Positions 49,591 to 62,380 of a DNA stretch of 64,000 nucleotides are shown piece after piece. This DNA comes from Chiloscyllium plagiosum (taxonomy: Eukaryota). The stretch is taken from the NCBI RefSeq assembly GCF_004010195.1, contig NC_057718.1:73082713-73146712 (forward strand), written 5' to 3'. Both the position numbers and the translations under genes were made by a program. How positions within the stretch are numbered: position 1 is the first letter of the stretch; every line of letters begins with the position of its first letter. Below the pieces are notes generated by a model. It saw only the letters and a list, made by a program, of their open reading frames with translations, did not search any database and was not told where the DNA came from.

Positions 49591-50264
49591 CTTCTCTTAG
49601 TACTCACTCACTTTGCAACTTCTTGGGTGCTCACAGGTTTTCTCCCTTGTCGATTTGCTGGTTTTCCCACTCAGTCAGACCTTAAACTTAATACTTCTGT
49701 CTTACCTTTCCCTATGGTGTAGACACAAAGCAAGGCAGACTTTCAAGGTTGTCAGCAATGATTAGTCAAGGGAGTGGACATGCAGCTTTACACACATACT
49801 GGGTCAGTGTCTGACCTGCAGCATGTGTGAGCAGCTTATGAAGCAAACACACTGCAGTGCTCCAACAAAATGGCCATGTCTCAAAGTCTAAGGGGAGTAT
49901 TCTTTGGTTAAGTCAAGCAAGACAGTCTTCATTCAAGGAGTCCTGGCACCATAAGTCAAGAGTGGGGTCTATTAGGAAGACAGGGGTTTGGGCATAGTCA
50001 GTTGGCCCCTTGCTGCAGTCAAAACATTTGTATCACTGTATTCCAAAGGGAGGGCCACAGTCAGTCTTTTGGTCCTGTGCAACAATTCTGGGGACTTGCA
50101 GTAGATCAGTCAGGAGTTGCATGGAAACCAGTCAGGGCCTTCTCACCCAGCAGTTGGTGCTGTCCATCCAAGTCATTTAGAACATAGAACAATACAGCAC
50201 AGAACAGGCCCTTCGGCCCATGATGTTGTGCCACAGTCAATCCTCAGCTCAATTAAAGTCAAGG

Positions 50265-51605
50265 AAGATGTTTTGTTCTTAAGTGTTGGAGCTTGTGGGA
50301 GAGGTGCATTGAGCAGTGACTATAAAAGTTTGCAGTTCAGGATTTGGGCCTGCTTCTGTGGGAGCCAGGATAGCAGGAAGTGCTCCCAACTGCATAAACT
50401 CTGAGTTGTGGAGCTCAAGTTGCTGAGTTACGTGATCAACACATTTAAAGAGGTGGTCACACTGTATTTTTTAGGGCTGGAAGAAAGAAGGGAATAGATA
50501 AGCACCATGCAATTAAGGAGAAACAGGCAGATAGTACAGAAGTCCCGTTTGGTTCTGCGCATAAGAGTTTTCCGTTCTTAAAGCTGATACCTTTGTCAGA
50601 GGGCTTGTGTGGGAGGATTTGCTAATGCTATTGTGATGACTTCAAACTAGTTCAGCAGAGATGGGACACTGCACTGGTTTGAAACAGCATAACTTAGAAA
50701 ATGAATCAAGGCAGAGAATTGAGTGTTGCGAGAGTGAGGCAAGGCTGGATGGCCTCTAATGACAGCAGTTTTAGAGGTAAGACAATTGAGTTAAGGGTAT
50801 GACTCAATTGGAACTGCACTGTTGTTGCCATCACAGAGATGTGGTTGCAGGACAACTTAACATTCAGGGATGCAGGATCTTCAGGCAGGACAGGGGAGGG
50901 TGCAAAAGTGGAGGTGGTTTCACATTATCATTTAGGGTGTGAGTTATTACAGTAAGGAGATGTGATATTTTGGAAGGGTCATCAAGTGAGGCATTGTGGG
51001 CTGAACTTAGCAATAAGAAGAGGCAGTGACTCTGTTAGGAGTGTATTATAAGCCCTGAAATAGTCAGTCAGCAATTGAGGAGCCGATATGTAGTCATTCC
51101 CTAAGGTATGTAAAAATAATCAAGGCTAATTATAATGGGGGATTTAATTAATCAGAATAGTTATATTGTAAAGCATTTTAAAGGGGACAGATTTCTTGAA
51201 GGGTGTTCAGGAAAACTAAATATGTCAACACTTAGATGGCCTTACAAGGGATGGTGCAGTGCCGAACCTTCTGTTGGAGAATGAAGTTGGCCAAGTGTTC
51301 GAGGTAACAATGGGGAAGCATTTCAGTGTGAGGGTAACCATAACACTGTACGTTTTAAGTTTGTTATGGAAAAGTTGGCCTCCAAAACGGGTTTTGAATT
51401 GGGGGAAGAAAAATTTTTTTAAAATAAGATAGGATTTGGCTAAAGTATACTGAGAACAGCTACCTAAAAGTAAATCTACAGTAGAATAGTGGAAGGCATT
51501 CAAAAAGGGGTGTATTGGAGTACAGGCCCAACATGTTCCCTTTCAGATTAAATGTAGGCGCAACAAGCCCAGAAAACCTTGGATGTCTAGGACTATTCAG
51601 GACAG
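50265..51605 (+). mobile_element. Old CR1 5' portion (ORF1 and EN remnants)
   Basis: VAITEMWLQ and IIMGDL remnants. Confidence 0.6.
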
Positions 51606-52753
51606 GATTGCTTTGCATTTTCAACCATGTGCCAGGTTTTCTCTAATAGCATCATTTAAGTTGTCTCCGAAATTGCAGAATGCTGTTAACGTGTTTAAAA
51701 TTGCTATGAATTGTAGGATAGATTCACCATTATGCTGGTTGCATTTGTGGACTCCTAACCTTTTTAGCAATCACAGATGTTTCAGTGAAAAATGGTTCTG
51801 TAGGTTTCTCACTATTTCTTCGTAACTTTTAGAACCCAGCTTCTCTGGCTATACTAGGCTCCTCAGGTTAAAATTTTTCCCCGCCATAATACTCAGGCAT
51901 ATAGAGACAATTATACATGCTTCAATTTTGTTAACTTGAACAAAATAGTAGAATCTCTGTGTTGGAGTTTCAGTTCCTTGCATTTTCATCATACTGGCCT
52001 ATGGCACCAAAATTTCCCACCATTTTATATTTTCAAAAGTGGAAAGGACACACATATATCACAAAAATTTTAACCTATTTTGCTTCTTCTCACTTATTCC
52101 TGAAGCGACCTTTTCTTACCAAGTCTGCACACCTAGCTCGACATTATTCTGTGCAGGGTATTCATTACTTAGTGTTCCTTCAGGGTGGAGCATGTGGCAA
52201 ACGTCTTCTGCACTGTCATTTCTTCCGTGGAGGTTTTTATTTTGTTGAATGTATCTATTTTGGTTCAGCTATGGCATATTTTGAGTTTTTTCTTCTCTTC
52301 ATTGAAATGACTGAGAGCTGCATATGATTTATTTTTCAGGAATGATGAAGTGGACCTTTAAGCAGTTTTTATCCTTGCAGCCAATTTTCTTCTATTGTCA
52401 AATTCCAAGAAGGACCAGAATGCAGAAGAGTTAAACAGCAGGACCTTTATTGAAGAGGCATTCACTCTGCAGCTATTTCCTGCTCAAAATGGCTAACATC
52501 GTTATAATGTCACAGGATTAGTGTTTTAAAGTGACAGTTCATCATATACAAATACACAGCAGAGTTTTCAGAGTCACTGCTGTGGTAGGGATGTTCAGTT
52601 TGGTTACTGCAGGGTGGTAGGGGTATCATCAACATAGAAAATAGGAGTGTGAGTAGATCATTTGGTTCTTTGAACCTGGTATACAATTCAAAATGATTCT
52701 GGCTAATCAACCAACTCAGTACCCTGTTCCCACTATCTTCCTAATCCCTTGAG

Positions 52754-53925
52754 TATATACTGTGTAAAAGTCAATTTTTTTTAGACTATTTTTAAAGGTT
52801 CAGTTTTACAGGGTCGACTAATGCATAGGTACTAGTTTTCAGGGCTGAAATTCATGCTGCAGTTCAAAATACCATATTATTAGCAGAAGTCAAATTGATC
52901 TCGCAGCTAATCCTGGGTAAAGAAGAAAAATACAATGGATTACGGTAAAGGTAATTACCCGATAAAAGCAAGAATGAATTGCTGGTAGTAAATTTTATTT
53001 GTACATACCAGTACGAAAATTTAGCATGTCAAAGATTCATTGAAATCCTGCAAAATCACACTACTCAACATCGTCATGGCCTTGTATAATGGCACACTTA
53101 AAATTAAGCATTTATTAAATTCTGAATGTGTGCACATCATGAACCTTCCCGCAAATTCTTCAATTCCCCTCCCATTTACTCTCATATGTTATCAACCTCA
53201 GCAACATTAACAAATTTGTCAAATAATTAAAGATAAATGTAGCTAATATAGCTTTTTTTTATTCAGATATAATGACACAATTAAAATGATTAACTTTTTA
53301 ACGATATTAACTTTTGGATGTGTAGTGAAAAAATGCGTTAAGTACTGATGGACTTAGTACCGGTCTGAATGAATGAATGAATCAAAGTAAACCAAGTAGG
53401 CTAAGTAGAGTAATGAATAGAGACGCAATATAATAAACAAAGTGTGATGAGTAGATTTACTGGTATGAATGGGGGCGGCATGGTGGCACAGTGGTTAGCA
53501 CTGCTGCCTCACAGCGACAGAGACCCGGGTTCAATTCCCGCTTCAGTCAACTGACTGTGTGGAGTTTGCACATTCTCCCACAGTCCAAAAAAAAAGTTCA
53601 GGTTAGGTGAATTGGCCACGCTAAATTGCCGTAGTGTTAGGTGAAGAGGTAAATGTAGAGGAATGGGTCTGTGTGGGTTGTGCTTCGGCGGGTCAGTGTG
53701 GACTTGTGCCAAAGGGCCTGTTTCCACACTGTAAGTAATCTAATCTAAATGCGATTTCATTTAAGTGGGTTAATGGGAACATGCAGTTTCCTTTGTAAGA
53801 GGTTTATAATGCAATATAGTAGGTTTCACTTTTACACAAGATATATGTAAAATACAGGATTTTGTTTGGCCAAGAGTAAAGGGTTGACTTTTATGAGACC
53901 AACTCTTAAATAAGTATACACGGTA
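52754..53925. mobile_element. Tc1/pogo-type non-autonomous DNA element containing a SINE
   Basis: Left TATATACTGTGTAAAAGTC, right ...AAGTATACACGG-TA, with repeated subterminal (G/C)ACTTTTA motifs. Confidence 0.5.
53470..53748 (+). mobile_element. HE1-type V-SINE with internal deletion
   Basis: SINE head and tail with (TAATC)n. Confidence 0.9.
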
Positions 53926-54377
53926 ACTCGTTGAAAGCATTCAATGTTTTGGTGTGTAGCAGAGAATTCCACAGGCTTGGGTGAAGAAATTTCTCCTCGT
54001 CTCAGTCCTAAATGACTTAGTTCATATCCTTAATGTGTGACCCTCATTCTGGACTCTCCAGTCATCTGGAATGTTCTTCCTGCATTTATCCTGTCCGGTC
54101 CTGTTAGAATTTTGTAGGTTTTTGAGATTCTCCCTCGTCATTCTAAACTCCAGTGAATATAGCCCTAATCAATCCAGTTTCTTTTTGTCAGTCCTGCTAT
54201 CTCAGAAATCTGTCCATTACACTTGCTCCATGACCAGAAGTTCCTTCCTCCGATAAGGAGACTAAAAACCCCCACAATACTCCAGGTGTGGGCTCAGCAA
54301 GGTCCTGAACTATTACAGCAAGACATCCCTACTTGAATTCTCTTGCTGTGAAGGTCAACATACCATTTGCTTGATTT

Positions 54378-55900
54378 AAAACAGCTGCAGATGCTGGAAA
54401 GCTTAAAAAAACACAGAAATTACTGGCAAAACTCAGATCTGGCAGAGTCTGTAAAGAGAAAAGAGTTAATGCTTTGAGCCCAATAACTGACTATTCATCA
54501 AAATGGTGCTTATCCTGAAGATGAGGTTGGGGGTTTGAGGAGATAGGTGAAAATGGATCCCAGAGAGAGAGATCCATTGGGTAGGGTGACAAGGAGATTA
54601 TTGATAGTAGGTCAGGACAGAAGAGAAGCTGAATGAGTGATCATGAGAGCGGAACGTAAGAGAGAATGGATAGGCTGGGCTGAAAGCAATCCATGGGACG
54701 GCAGGATCATGGTGTGGGAATGGGTAAAAATTGTGGAAAGACAGAATCAGGCTGTAAACCTATTGAACTCAATGTCCAGAAGCGGGGTCCAGAAGTGGAA
54801 AATGAGATGCAATTCTTCAAACTTGCACTGAGGCTTGCTGGGACATTGCACGAAGCCTGTGACACAAATATTGGCAGGAGAATATGATGTGTTAAAGTGG
54901 CAGGCAACTAGAAGTTTGGGGTCGTTTTTACAGACAAAATGTAGTGTTCTGCAAAGCAGTCACCTGGTCTGCATTTCCTCTCCCCAGTGCAGAGAAGGCC
55001 ACATCATGAACAGTAAATACATTAGACCAGATAGAGTGAAGTGAAGATAAATCACTGTTCACCTGGAAGATTTGTCTGGGACCTTGGAAGAGGGAGGAAG
55101 TAACTGGACATGTGTTACACCTGCAATTGCATGTAAAGTTGCCATGGGGGTGTGGGGAGGTGTAGGGAATGGATGAGGAGTGGTCCAGAATATCCTGTCA
55201 GAATGATCCTTTGCAGAATACTGACAAAGGAGGGGAGGAAAACACGTGACTGATCATAGCTTCCCACTGGAGGTAACTGAAATGGTAGTTGATACTTTGG
55301 ATGCAGAGGCTGTTGGGGTGGTAAGTGAGAACCGAGACGGCCGTATTGTTATTGTGCAAAGGAAGAGAAAGGCTGAAGGCAGAAGTACAGGAGATGGGTC
55401 AGACATGGCTAATGGCCCTGTCAACCTCACAATAAAAGCGGACATTTCTGAGGATGCCCAGCAAAGGTGACATCATCAGAATAGATGTGACAGAGATGGA
55501 AACATGGAATTGAATCCTTATGGGAAGGAGAAAGTGAGGACTGCAGATGCTGGAGAGTCAGTGTCAAAATGTATGGTGCTGGAAAAGCACAGCAGCAGGT
55601 CTGGCAGAATCGAGGAGCAGGAGTGTTGACGTTTCAGGTATATGCCCTTGATGAAGGACTTACGCCCGGAACATTGGCTGTCTGTCTCCTCATGCTGCCT
55701 GTCCTGCTGTGTTTTTCCAGGACCCCATACATTTTGACTCCTTACAGGAATGGTATGAGGGTTTATAGTCCAGGAAACTCCAGCGAGTCAGTGGGTTTGT
55801 AACTGATTGATGCCCAGCCTATCCCCAGAAATTTAAACCAAGGTGTTGAGGAAGGGATGAGTCAAAGATGGAGCAGGTGAAATTGGAAGCAAAATTGATA
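54378..55900 (-). mobile_element. Old Penelope-like element (pLTR and GIY-YIG)
   Basis: pLTR end CTGCAGATGCTGG and a minus-strand GIY-YIG remnant (CGLLCTGEEMQ). Confidence 0.65.
55527..55739. mobile_element. Older palindromic pLTR mini-element
   Basis: Same family as 15865-16084; diverged TSD-like GAATCCTTATGGGAA / GACTCCTTACAGGAA. Confidence 0.75.
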
Positions 55901-55904
55901 CATT

Positions 55905-57742
55905 TTTTTGTCATATATAGACCCCTAAACTGCAGTGGTGATATTGGGAATGGCGTTAAACAGGAAATTAGAGATGTATATGATGAGGGAATGTCAGTGA
56001 TCATGGATGATTTTAATCTCCACATAGACTGGGCAAATAAAATTAATCACAATGCTGTAGAGGAGGAATTCCTGGAGAGTATATGCGATTGTTTTCTTGA
56101 CGAATATGTGGAGGAACCAACTAGAGAGCAGATCACCTTAGGTTGGGTACTGTTTAATGAGAAGGGAATCATTGCCAGTTTCACTGTAGAAGACCCCTTG
56201 GTGACAGGTGACCATAACATAATAGAATTTTTTATCAAGATAGAGAGTGAGGTTGTTGGTTCAGAGACAAAGGGGCTGAATCTTAATAAAGGAAACTATG
56301 AAGATATGAAGCATGAGTTGGCCTTAATACTTAAAGGGATGACAGTGGATTGGCAGTAGCAGACATTCAAGGAACACGTGGGGAAATTGCAACAAGTATT
56401 TATTCTTGTCTGGCACAAAAGCAAAATGAGTAAGAGGGCCAATCCATGGTTTACAGAGGAAATTAGAGAATATTCAATCTCAGAAAGAAGCATAGGGATT
56501 GGCCAAAAAAAAAGGTCTGAGGATTGGAAGCTGTTTAAAATCCAGTAAAGAAGGACCAAGGGATTGATTCAGACATGGGAAAATGCAGTATGAAAGTAAG
56601 CTTGCAAGGAACATAAAGTCTGACATTAAGAGTTTCTATTGGCATGTGAAGAGAAAGAGATTGGTGAAGACAAATGTAAGTCCCCTACAGACAGAAACAG
56701 GGAATGTATAATAGAGGGCAAAGAAATGGCTGAGCAACTGAATATGTACTTTGGTTCTGTCTTCACAAAAGAGGACACAAATCAGATATCAAATGTTAGA
56801 GAATGCACCATTTAGCGAGAGGGAAGAATAGCAGGAGATCAATATTAGAGAAATGGTGCTGGGAAAAGTGGGATTGAAGATAGATAAATCTTCAGGACCT
56901 GATAATCTACGTGCCAGAGTACTTAAGGAAGTAGCTCTAGAAATAGTGGATGCATTGGTGTTTATTTTCCAAAATTCTATAGACTCTGGAACAGTCCCTG
57001 CAGATTGGAGGATAGCTGATGTCACTCCAGTATTCAAAAAGAAAGGTGGAGAGAAAACAGGGAATTATAGACCAGTAAGCCGAACATAGGAAGTGGGAAA
57101 AATTCTCAAATCCAGGTGCAGCAGGCAGTAAAGAAGTCAAATGGTAGTTTGGCCTTCATTGTGAAGGGTTGAGTACAAGAGCAGGGATATGTTGTTGCAG
57201 TTATACAGGGCCTTGGTGAGGCCACAATTAGAATATAGTGTGCAGTTTAGGTTTCCTTTGCTCTTGCTTTCGAGAGAGTGCAGCAAAAGTTTACCAAGCT
57301 TATTTCGGGGATGGCAGGACTGACATATGAGGAGAGATTGACTAGATTGGGATAGTTTTCGCTGAAGTTTAGATGAATGAGGGAGAATCTCATAGAGACT
57401 TATAAAATTCTAAATAGACTAGGTAGGGTAGATGCAGGGAGGATCTTCCTGATGGTGGAACTAGGAGTCACAGTCAGAGGATTTGGGGTCAACCAAAGAG
57501 ATGAGATATTTCTTCATCTGAGGAGTGGTGAGCCTGTGGAATTCATTACCATAGGAAGTAGTTGATGCCAAAACATTGAATGTATTCAAGAGGCAGCGAG
57601 AGGCAGCCTTGGGGTGAATGGGATCAAAGATTATGGGGAGAAAGCACAATCAGGCTGTTGAGTTGGATGATCAGCCATGATCATGTAAAATGGCAGAGCA
57701 GGCTCAAAGGGCTGATTGGCCTTCTGCTCTATGTTTCCAATC
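55905..57742 (+). mobile_element. CR1 LINE with large RT deletion
   Basis: EN IYRPLNCS...DDFNLHIDW, ...NYRPVS, then a jump at ~57110 to the ORF2 C-terminus and tail. Confidence 0.85.
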
Positions 57743-57744
57743 TG

Positions 57745-57990
57745 TGTGAAAGAGGGAAGCAGCACTGATGATATCAATGTACAGGAGAAAGAGTTCTGGA
57801 TATGTGCCCAAGTAGGAGTAGGACAAGGAATGTAGCAGGTACACCACATAGGGACAATACGTAACTGGGGCCCATGTGGATACCCATGGACACCCTTTTT
57901 TGATCTGAAGGACGTCCAGGGAGTTAAAGGAGAAGTTGTTCAAAGTGAGGACGAGCTCAGCCAAATAAAAGAAGTTGGTGGATTGGGATT
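57745..57990 (-). mobile_element. Penelope-like RT core fragment
   Basis: AELVLTLNNFSFNS...ELFLLYIDII. Confidence 0.75.
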
Positions 57991-57991
57991 G

Positions 57992-58612
57992 AAATAGCTG
58001 CTCCTAAGCTGGTACCCTGTAACCAAATGACCCTTTATTTACCTGTGCGCAGTACATGGGCTCTGACCAGCTAGCTCAGAGCCAGTTCCTAAAATGAAAA
58101 GATTATAGAGTCATAGAGATGTACAGCATGGAAACAGACCCTTCGGTCCAACCTGTCCATGCCGATCAGATATCCCAACCCAATCTAGTCCCACCTGCCA
58201 GCACCTGGCCCATATCCCTACAAACCCTTCCTATTCATATACCCATCCAAATGCCTCTTAAATGTTGCAATTGTACTAGCCTCCACCACATCCTCTGGCA
58301 GCTCATTCCATACAAGTACCACCCTCTGCATGAAAAAGTTGCCCCTTCAGTCTCTTTAATATCTTTCCCCTCTCACCCTAAACCTATGCCCTCTAGTTCT
58401 GGACTCCCCGACCCCAGGGAAAAGACTTTGTCTATTTATCCTATCCATGCCCCTCATCATTTTGTAAACCTCTATAAGGTCACCCCTCAGCCTCTGCGAT
58501 TCTCTGAATCTCCTGTTTATAGCTGTCAGCTGGGGCTCCTTGATTGGGGTTGTTAACCTGGACCGTCAAAGATCTCATCGATGACCCACCTGGCCTCACT
58601 CCAATCACTACA
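57992..58612. mobile_element. Solo Gypsy LTR related to the 6605/10767 LTRs, split by a CR1
   Basis: Shares CCTTTATTT...CAGCTAGCTCAGAGCCAG, TTGGGGTTGTTAACCTGG and the CCAATCACTACA end. Confidence 0.7.
58105..58497 (-). mobile_element. Young CR1 3' fragment
   Basis: Very similar to 46820-47205. Confidence 0.92.
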
Positions 58613-58977
58613 GAAATGTTTCAGGCCTTCTTTCCAGGAAGAGGCAGAGAGTCCTAAGACCTAAGTATCTTTACAGTGCACTTAGCTTGGAGCAGCAGTC
58701 ATGAAATCCTGCAGAAGCAGTCAGAAGACGGGGTCACAGTAACTGGTGAACCTATAAATCTACTGCGTTATAGATAACGTAGGAACACTGAGAATCTTCG
58801 GTCTAGCTCCTGTTGATGTCATAACTTCAAAAGGTGAGAGGGACTCCAGATTGGTAAGTACAGGGCACGTGACGATTACTGGTTAACCTGTTTTTATCCT
58901 ATGAATTTAGAGCCTTGGGAGTTAGTTATAGTTAACCTTAGTGATAAAGTAAGAAGTCAAACAACATAAGACTAATG

Positions 58978-59429
58978 CAGAATAAACTCGATTATCTGAA
59001 CGAGACGGGCAGGGAATATTTTGTTCAGATAACTGATCTGATTATAAACAAAGGAAGCTGTACGGTGGCACAATGGTTAGCACTGTTGCCTCACAGCGCC
59101 AGAGACTCTGATTCATTTCCCGCCTCAGGCGACTGAAAGTGTGCAGTTTGCACATTCTTCCCATGTCTGTGTGGGTTTCCTCCGGGTGCTCCGGTTTCCT
59201 CCCACAATCCAAAATGTGCAGGTTAGGTGAATTGGCCATGCTAAATTGTCCGTAGTGTTAGGTGAAAGAGTAAATGTAGGGGAATGGGTCAGTGTGGACT
59301 TGTTGGGCCGAAGGGCCTGTTTCCACGCTGTAAGTAATCTTAAAAAAAAAGCCATACTGAGACTTTGAGATCTTGTTCCGATAATCCGAAATTTGGATAA
59401 TTGATGTTTGCATCACGAAGATTATTCTG
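58978..59429. mobile_element. Tigger/pogo-like MITE interrupted by a SINE
   Basis: Imperfect TIRs CAGAATAAACTCG / CGAAGATTATTCTG followed by TA; internal GATAATCCGAA repeats. A similar end occurs at ~6300-6390. Confidence 0.55.
59061..59341 (+). mobile_element. HE1-type V-SINE
   Basis: SINE consensus. Confidence 0.9.
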
Positions 59430-59439
59430 TAATTCTAGT

Positions 59440-59990
59440 CTAAGGTGTTATTTGTAAGTTTGAGATGTCTGGAGAGACCAGCTGAGAAGAATATGCATGT
59501 TGGAGGAATGTACCTTGGATGAATGCAGTGAGAGCCAAGCCTTGACACCATGGCGGGGGGGAGGAGTAGGGTGGTAGAAGAAGAAAGGAAGAACAATAGT
59601 GCTAGAGAATCTTTTTTAGTTGTGGAGCAGACAGGTGTTTCTATGACCGAAATATGCCTCCAGGATGATGTGTAGCCTCTCTAGTGCCAGGCTCAGAGAT
59701 GTTGCTGAATGGCTGCAGGGCGCCTTAAAAGGGGAGAGTGAAGGTGATGAGTTAGAGGTTGTGGTCCATGTTGGTACTAATAACATGGGCAAAGAATGAG
59801 CTCTTGCATCAAGAATTCAGGGGGCTATTCAATAGATTAAAAAGCAGGACCTCAATGGTTGGAATCTCTGGATTATTCCCGATAACGTGCCAGCAAGTTT
59901 TAGAAATAGGAAAATAGGATAGACGAATGCATGGCTCAAGAACTGGTGAAAGTGGGAGGGTTTTAGATTCCTGTATCATTCCTGGTTTGT
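59440..59990 (+). mobile_element. CR1 ORF1 (esterase-like) remnant
   Basis: VVVHVGTNNMG and ISGLFP remnants. Confidence 0.65.
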
Positions 59991-60354
59991 GGACGAGTGA
60001 CCAGTTATTGATAATAAAGGCCTGCTGCCTGCCAACAACTATGTGATTGTTTGGAGATGTGAACAAAGTAGTGAGAAGCTTTCAGACCATCACCAATTCA
60101 GGAACTGTCCCTGTCCTACATTTCGAAGGCCACTTTAAGCCTGAAGAATATCAGTTAATCTTTCCTTCAGTTTCTTTAAGCTGTTATAAAGACCTCTGAC
60201 TTACTGATTAAAAGTAAGTGTGAACTTGCTATCTGAACCTTTGGAAACCACTGGAAACGACCATAGAAGGGATACCAAGAAGTAGCATACTGTTCAGCAC
60301 ACGAATGATCTCAGCAGATTCTCTGAACAGAGACCACTGAAACTACTTTCCCAG

Positions 60355-61092
60355 TTTCTGGAGAAGTGTAGCATTGTGAGATTGTCTGTGGATTTGCGGT
60401 AGAGTGTGGTGCTGAGGTGTCCATCCTTGATGGAGATGCATGTGTCCAAGAATGAGACAGATAGTCGAGAGTAGTCTATGGTGAGTTTGATGGTGGGATG
60501 AAACTTATTGATGTCACTGTGGAGTTTTACTAGTGACTCTTCACCGTGGATCCAGAGGAAGAAAATGTCATCAATGAACCAGGTGTATAATGTTGGTTGG
60601 AGGCACTGTGTAGAGAAGAAGTCATGTTCGAACCTGTGCATGAAGATTTGTACTTGCAGAGTTACATTGTATTTTGCTCAAAAACTGCATGACTTCATGT
60701 AAAACTCTGTTAGCTCACTTTTTAGATTAGAATCAATCTAAACATCATGGCAAAGAAAGAGAACACGGGGCTAACACCTTCAACATATTGTCTAGCTAAC
60801 ACCAAATGTTACAGTTAACCTGAGAATGCAACTTTTTTAAAAAAAGTTTTGTGGTTTACACATGAAAGAATACACATAGTATTCGAACAGGTAAAAGACT
60901 CAACAGACTATCAAGGTATTTTTCAATATATAATTTCAGTTACATCACACCATACTTTTGCTATAAATTCTGTGCGTTACAATTGTGTCCTCCACAACTA
61001 CCTGAGGAAGGACCGACGCTCCAAAAGCTAGTGTGCTTCCAATTAAACCTGTTGGACTATAACCTGGTGTTGTGTGATTTTTAACTTTGTAC
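60355..61092. mobile_element. Penelope-like RT fragment (minus) joined to an inverted pLTR (plus) with a decayed hammerhead at 60999-61033
   Basis: WFIDDIFFLW...SFLDTCI...LYRKSTD; TAC-CTGAGGA-A-GGA..TCC-AAAAG-CTA-GTG. Confidence 0.8.
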
Positions 61093-62069
61093 TCTCCAAA
61101 TCATGTCTTTTAAAATAAGTATGCAAAGATTCCCCAGTTTGTTTGATTTTCAGATCCAGTTGATAACCTGGTCTGTGCTTTCTGTATTAAATGAGAATTT
61201 CTATGACTACCTAGAGGCTAAATATTTGTTATACAATCAAAAACTATCAGCATATAGCACTACAGGTAGTTCTCCTATATCATCATAGTTGCATTCCAGC
61301 AAAATCTCTGTTAGTAGAAAATCACTTAATAGAAATAATGGGGCACACCAGCAAAACATAACACTCATGTTTGCTCAAAAATCACCCAAAGTACAACACA
61401 GCCTGAATGAATATTTTAAATCATATTAATGAAACAAAAGTAGATTTAACATTGATTAAATATGGTTAATGCAGGGACAGAGGGTCGTTATCATCATCAT
61501 CACTTTCCACTGCAATTGTGGTTGCAGAAGTGGATGGCTCTGGTTGATTTAGATTGTGGGATATGCAGGAAAAAGAACAAATTTGAAAGACAATTGGTAT
61601 GTATAAGAGTAATGCCATCCTGCAAGAATTATACAAGAGCGTTCTTGTCTCAGACAGAGAGCAATAAACTAACAGTTTAATTTTTGAGATGAAATTGCTC
61701 AATGTAAGTGCTGTACCTCTCGCATGCTCTGACGACAGCAGACATTGGGGTATGCACAGAACACCGCAGAGACTTTAGCACTGACATTGTTGCATGCACA
61801 GAACGAAGCACGTGAAACGATCGTTGCTGGAATCGCAGTATTGCGAACTTAAGAATACTTGAAAATAACATTTCAGAATTTAAGGAATTAGCTTAGGCAA
61901 ACCTGTGATTAATTTAAAAGGATTAAACAATTTGGTAAGTGGATACAAGCAATATAAGATGAAGCCATGTAAGAAGCTTTTAGAAAGATTATTCTTCTAG
62001 ATAAATTCTAAAACTTGCTATCTTCTGTAGTAAGAACCCTTATTCCAAAGAGTTGATAGGCAGCAATGA

Positions 62070-62380
62070 TCATAGAACTGTTACATCATGGAAACAGGCC
62101 ATTCGGCCCATCAAAATCACACTGAACCTCCCACCTCCTTACCCTGTCCCTGTAACCCTGCATTTCTCATGGTTAATCCACATAACCAACACATCACTGG
62201 GCAGTTTGGGCCATCCACCTACCTGCACAACTTTTGACTGTTGGAGAAAACCAGAGCACCTGGAGGAAACTCCTGCAGACACTGGGGGAATGTGCAGAGT
62301 ACACACAGACAGTAACCCAAGGCTAGAATCGAACCTGCTCCTTAGTGCTGTGAAGCAGCAGTGCTAACCACTGTGCCATC
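62070..62380 (-). mobile_element. Old HE1-type V-SINE
   Basis: Diverged reverse-complement SINE consensus. Confidence 0.8.

Larger units (their letters stand above)
52630..54372 (-). mobile_element. CR1 3' fragment split by a DNA-transposon-like insert
   Basis: 3' tail at ~52630-52750 resumes at ~53926. Confidence 0.6.

Noticed and set aside
51959..52327. 122-aa ORF
   Set aside because: Non-ATG start, composition typical of T-rich non-coding DNA and no recognisable domain.
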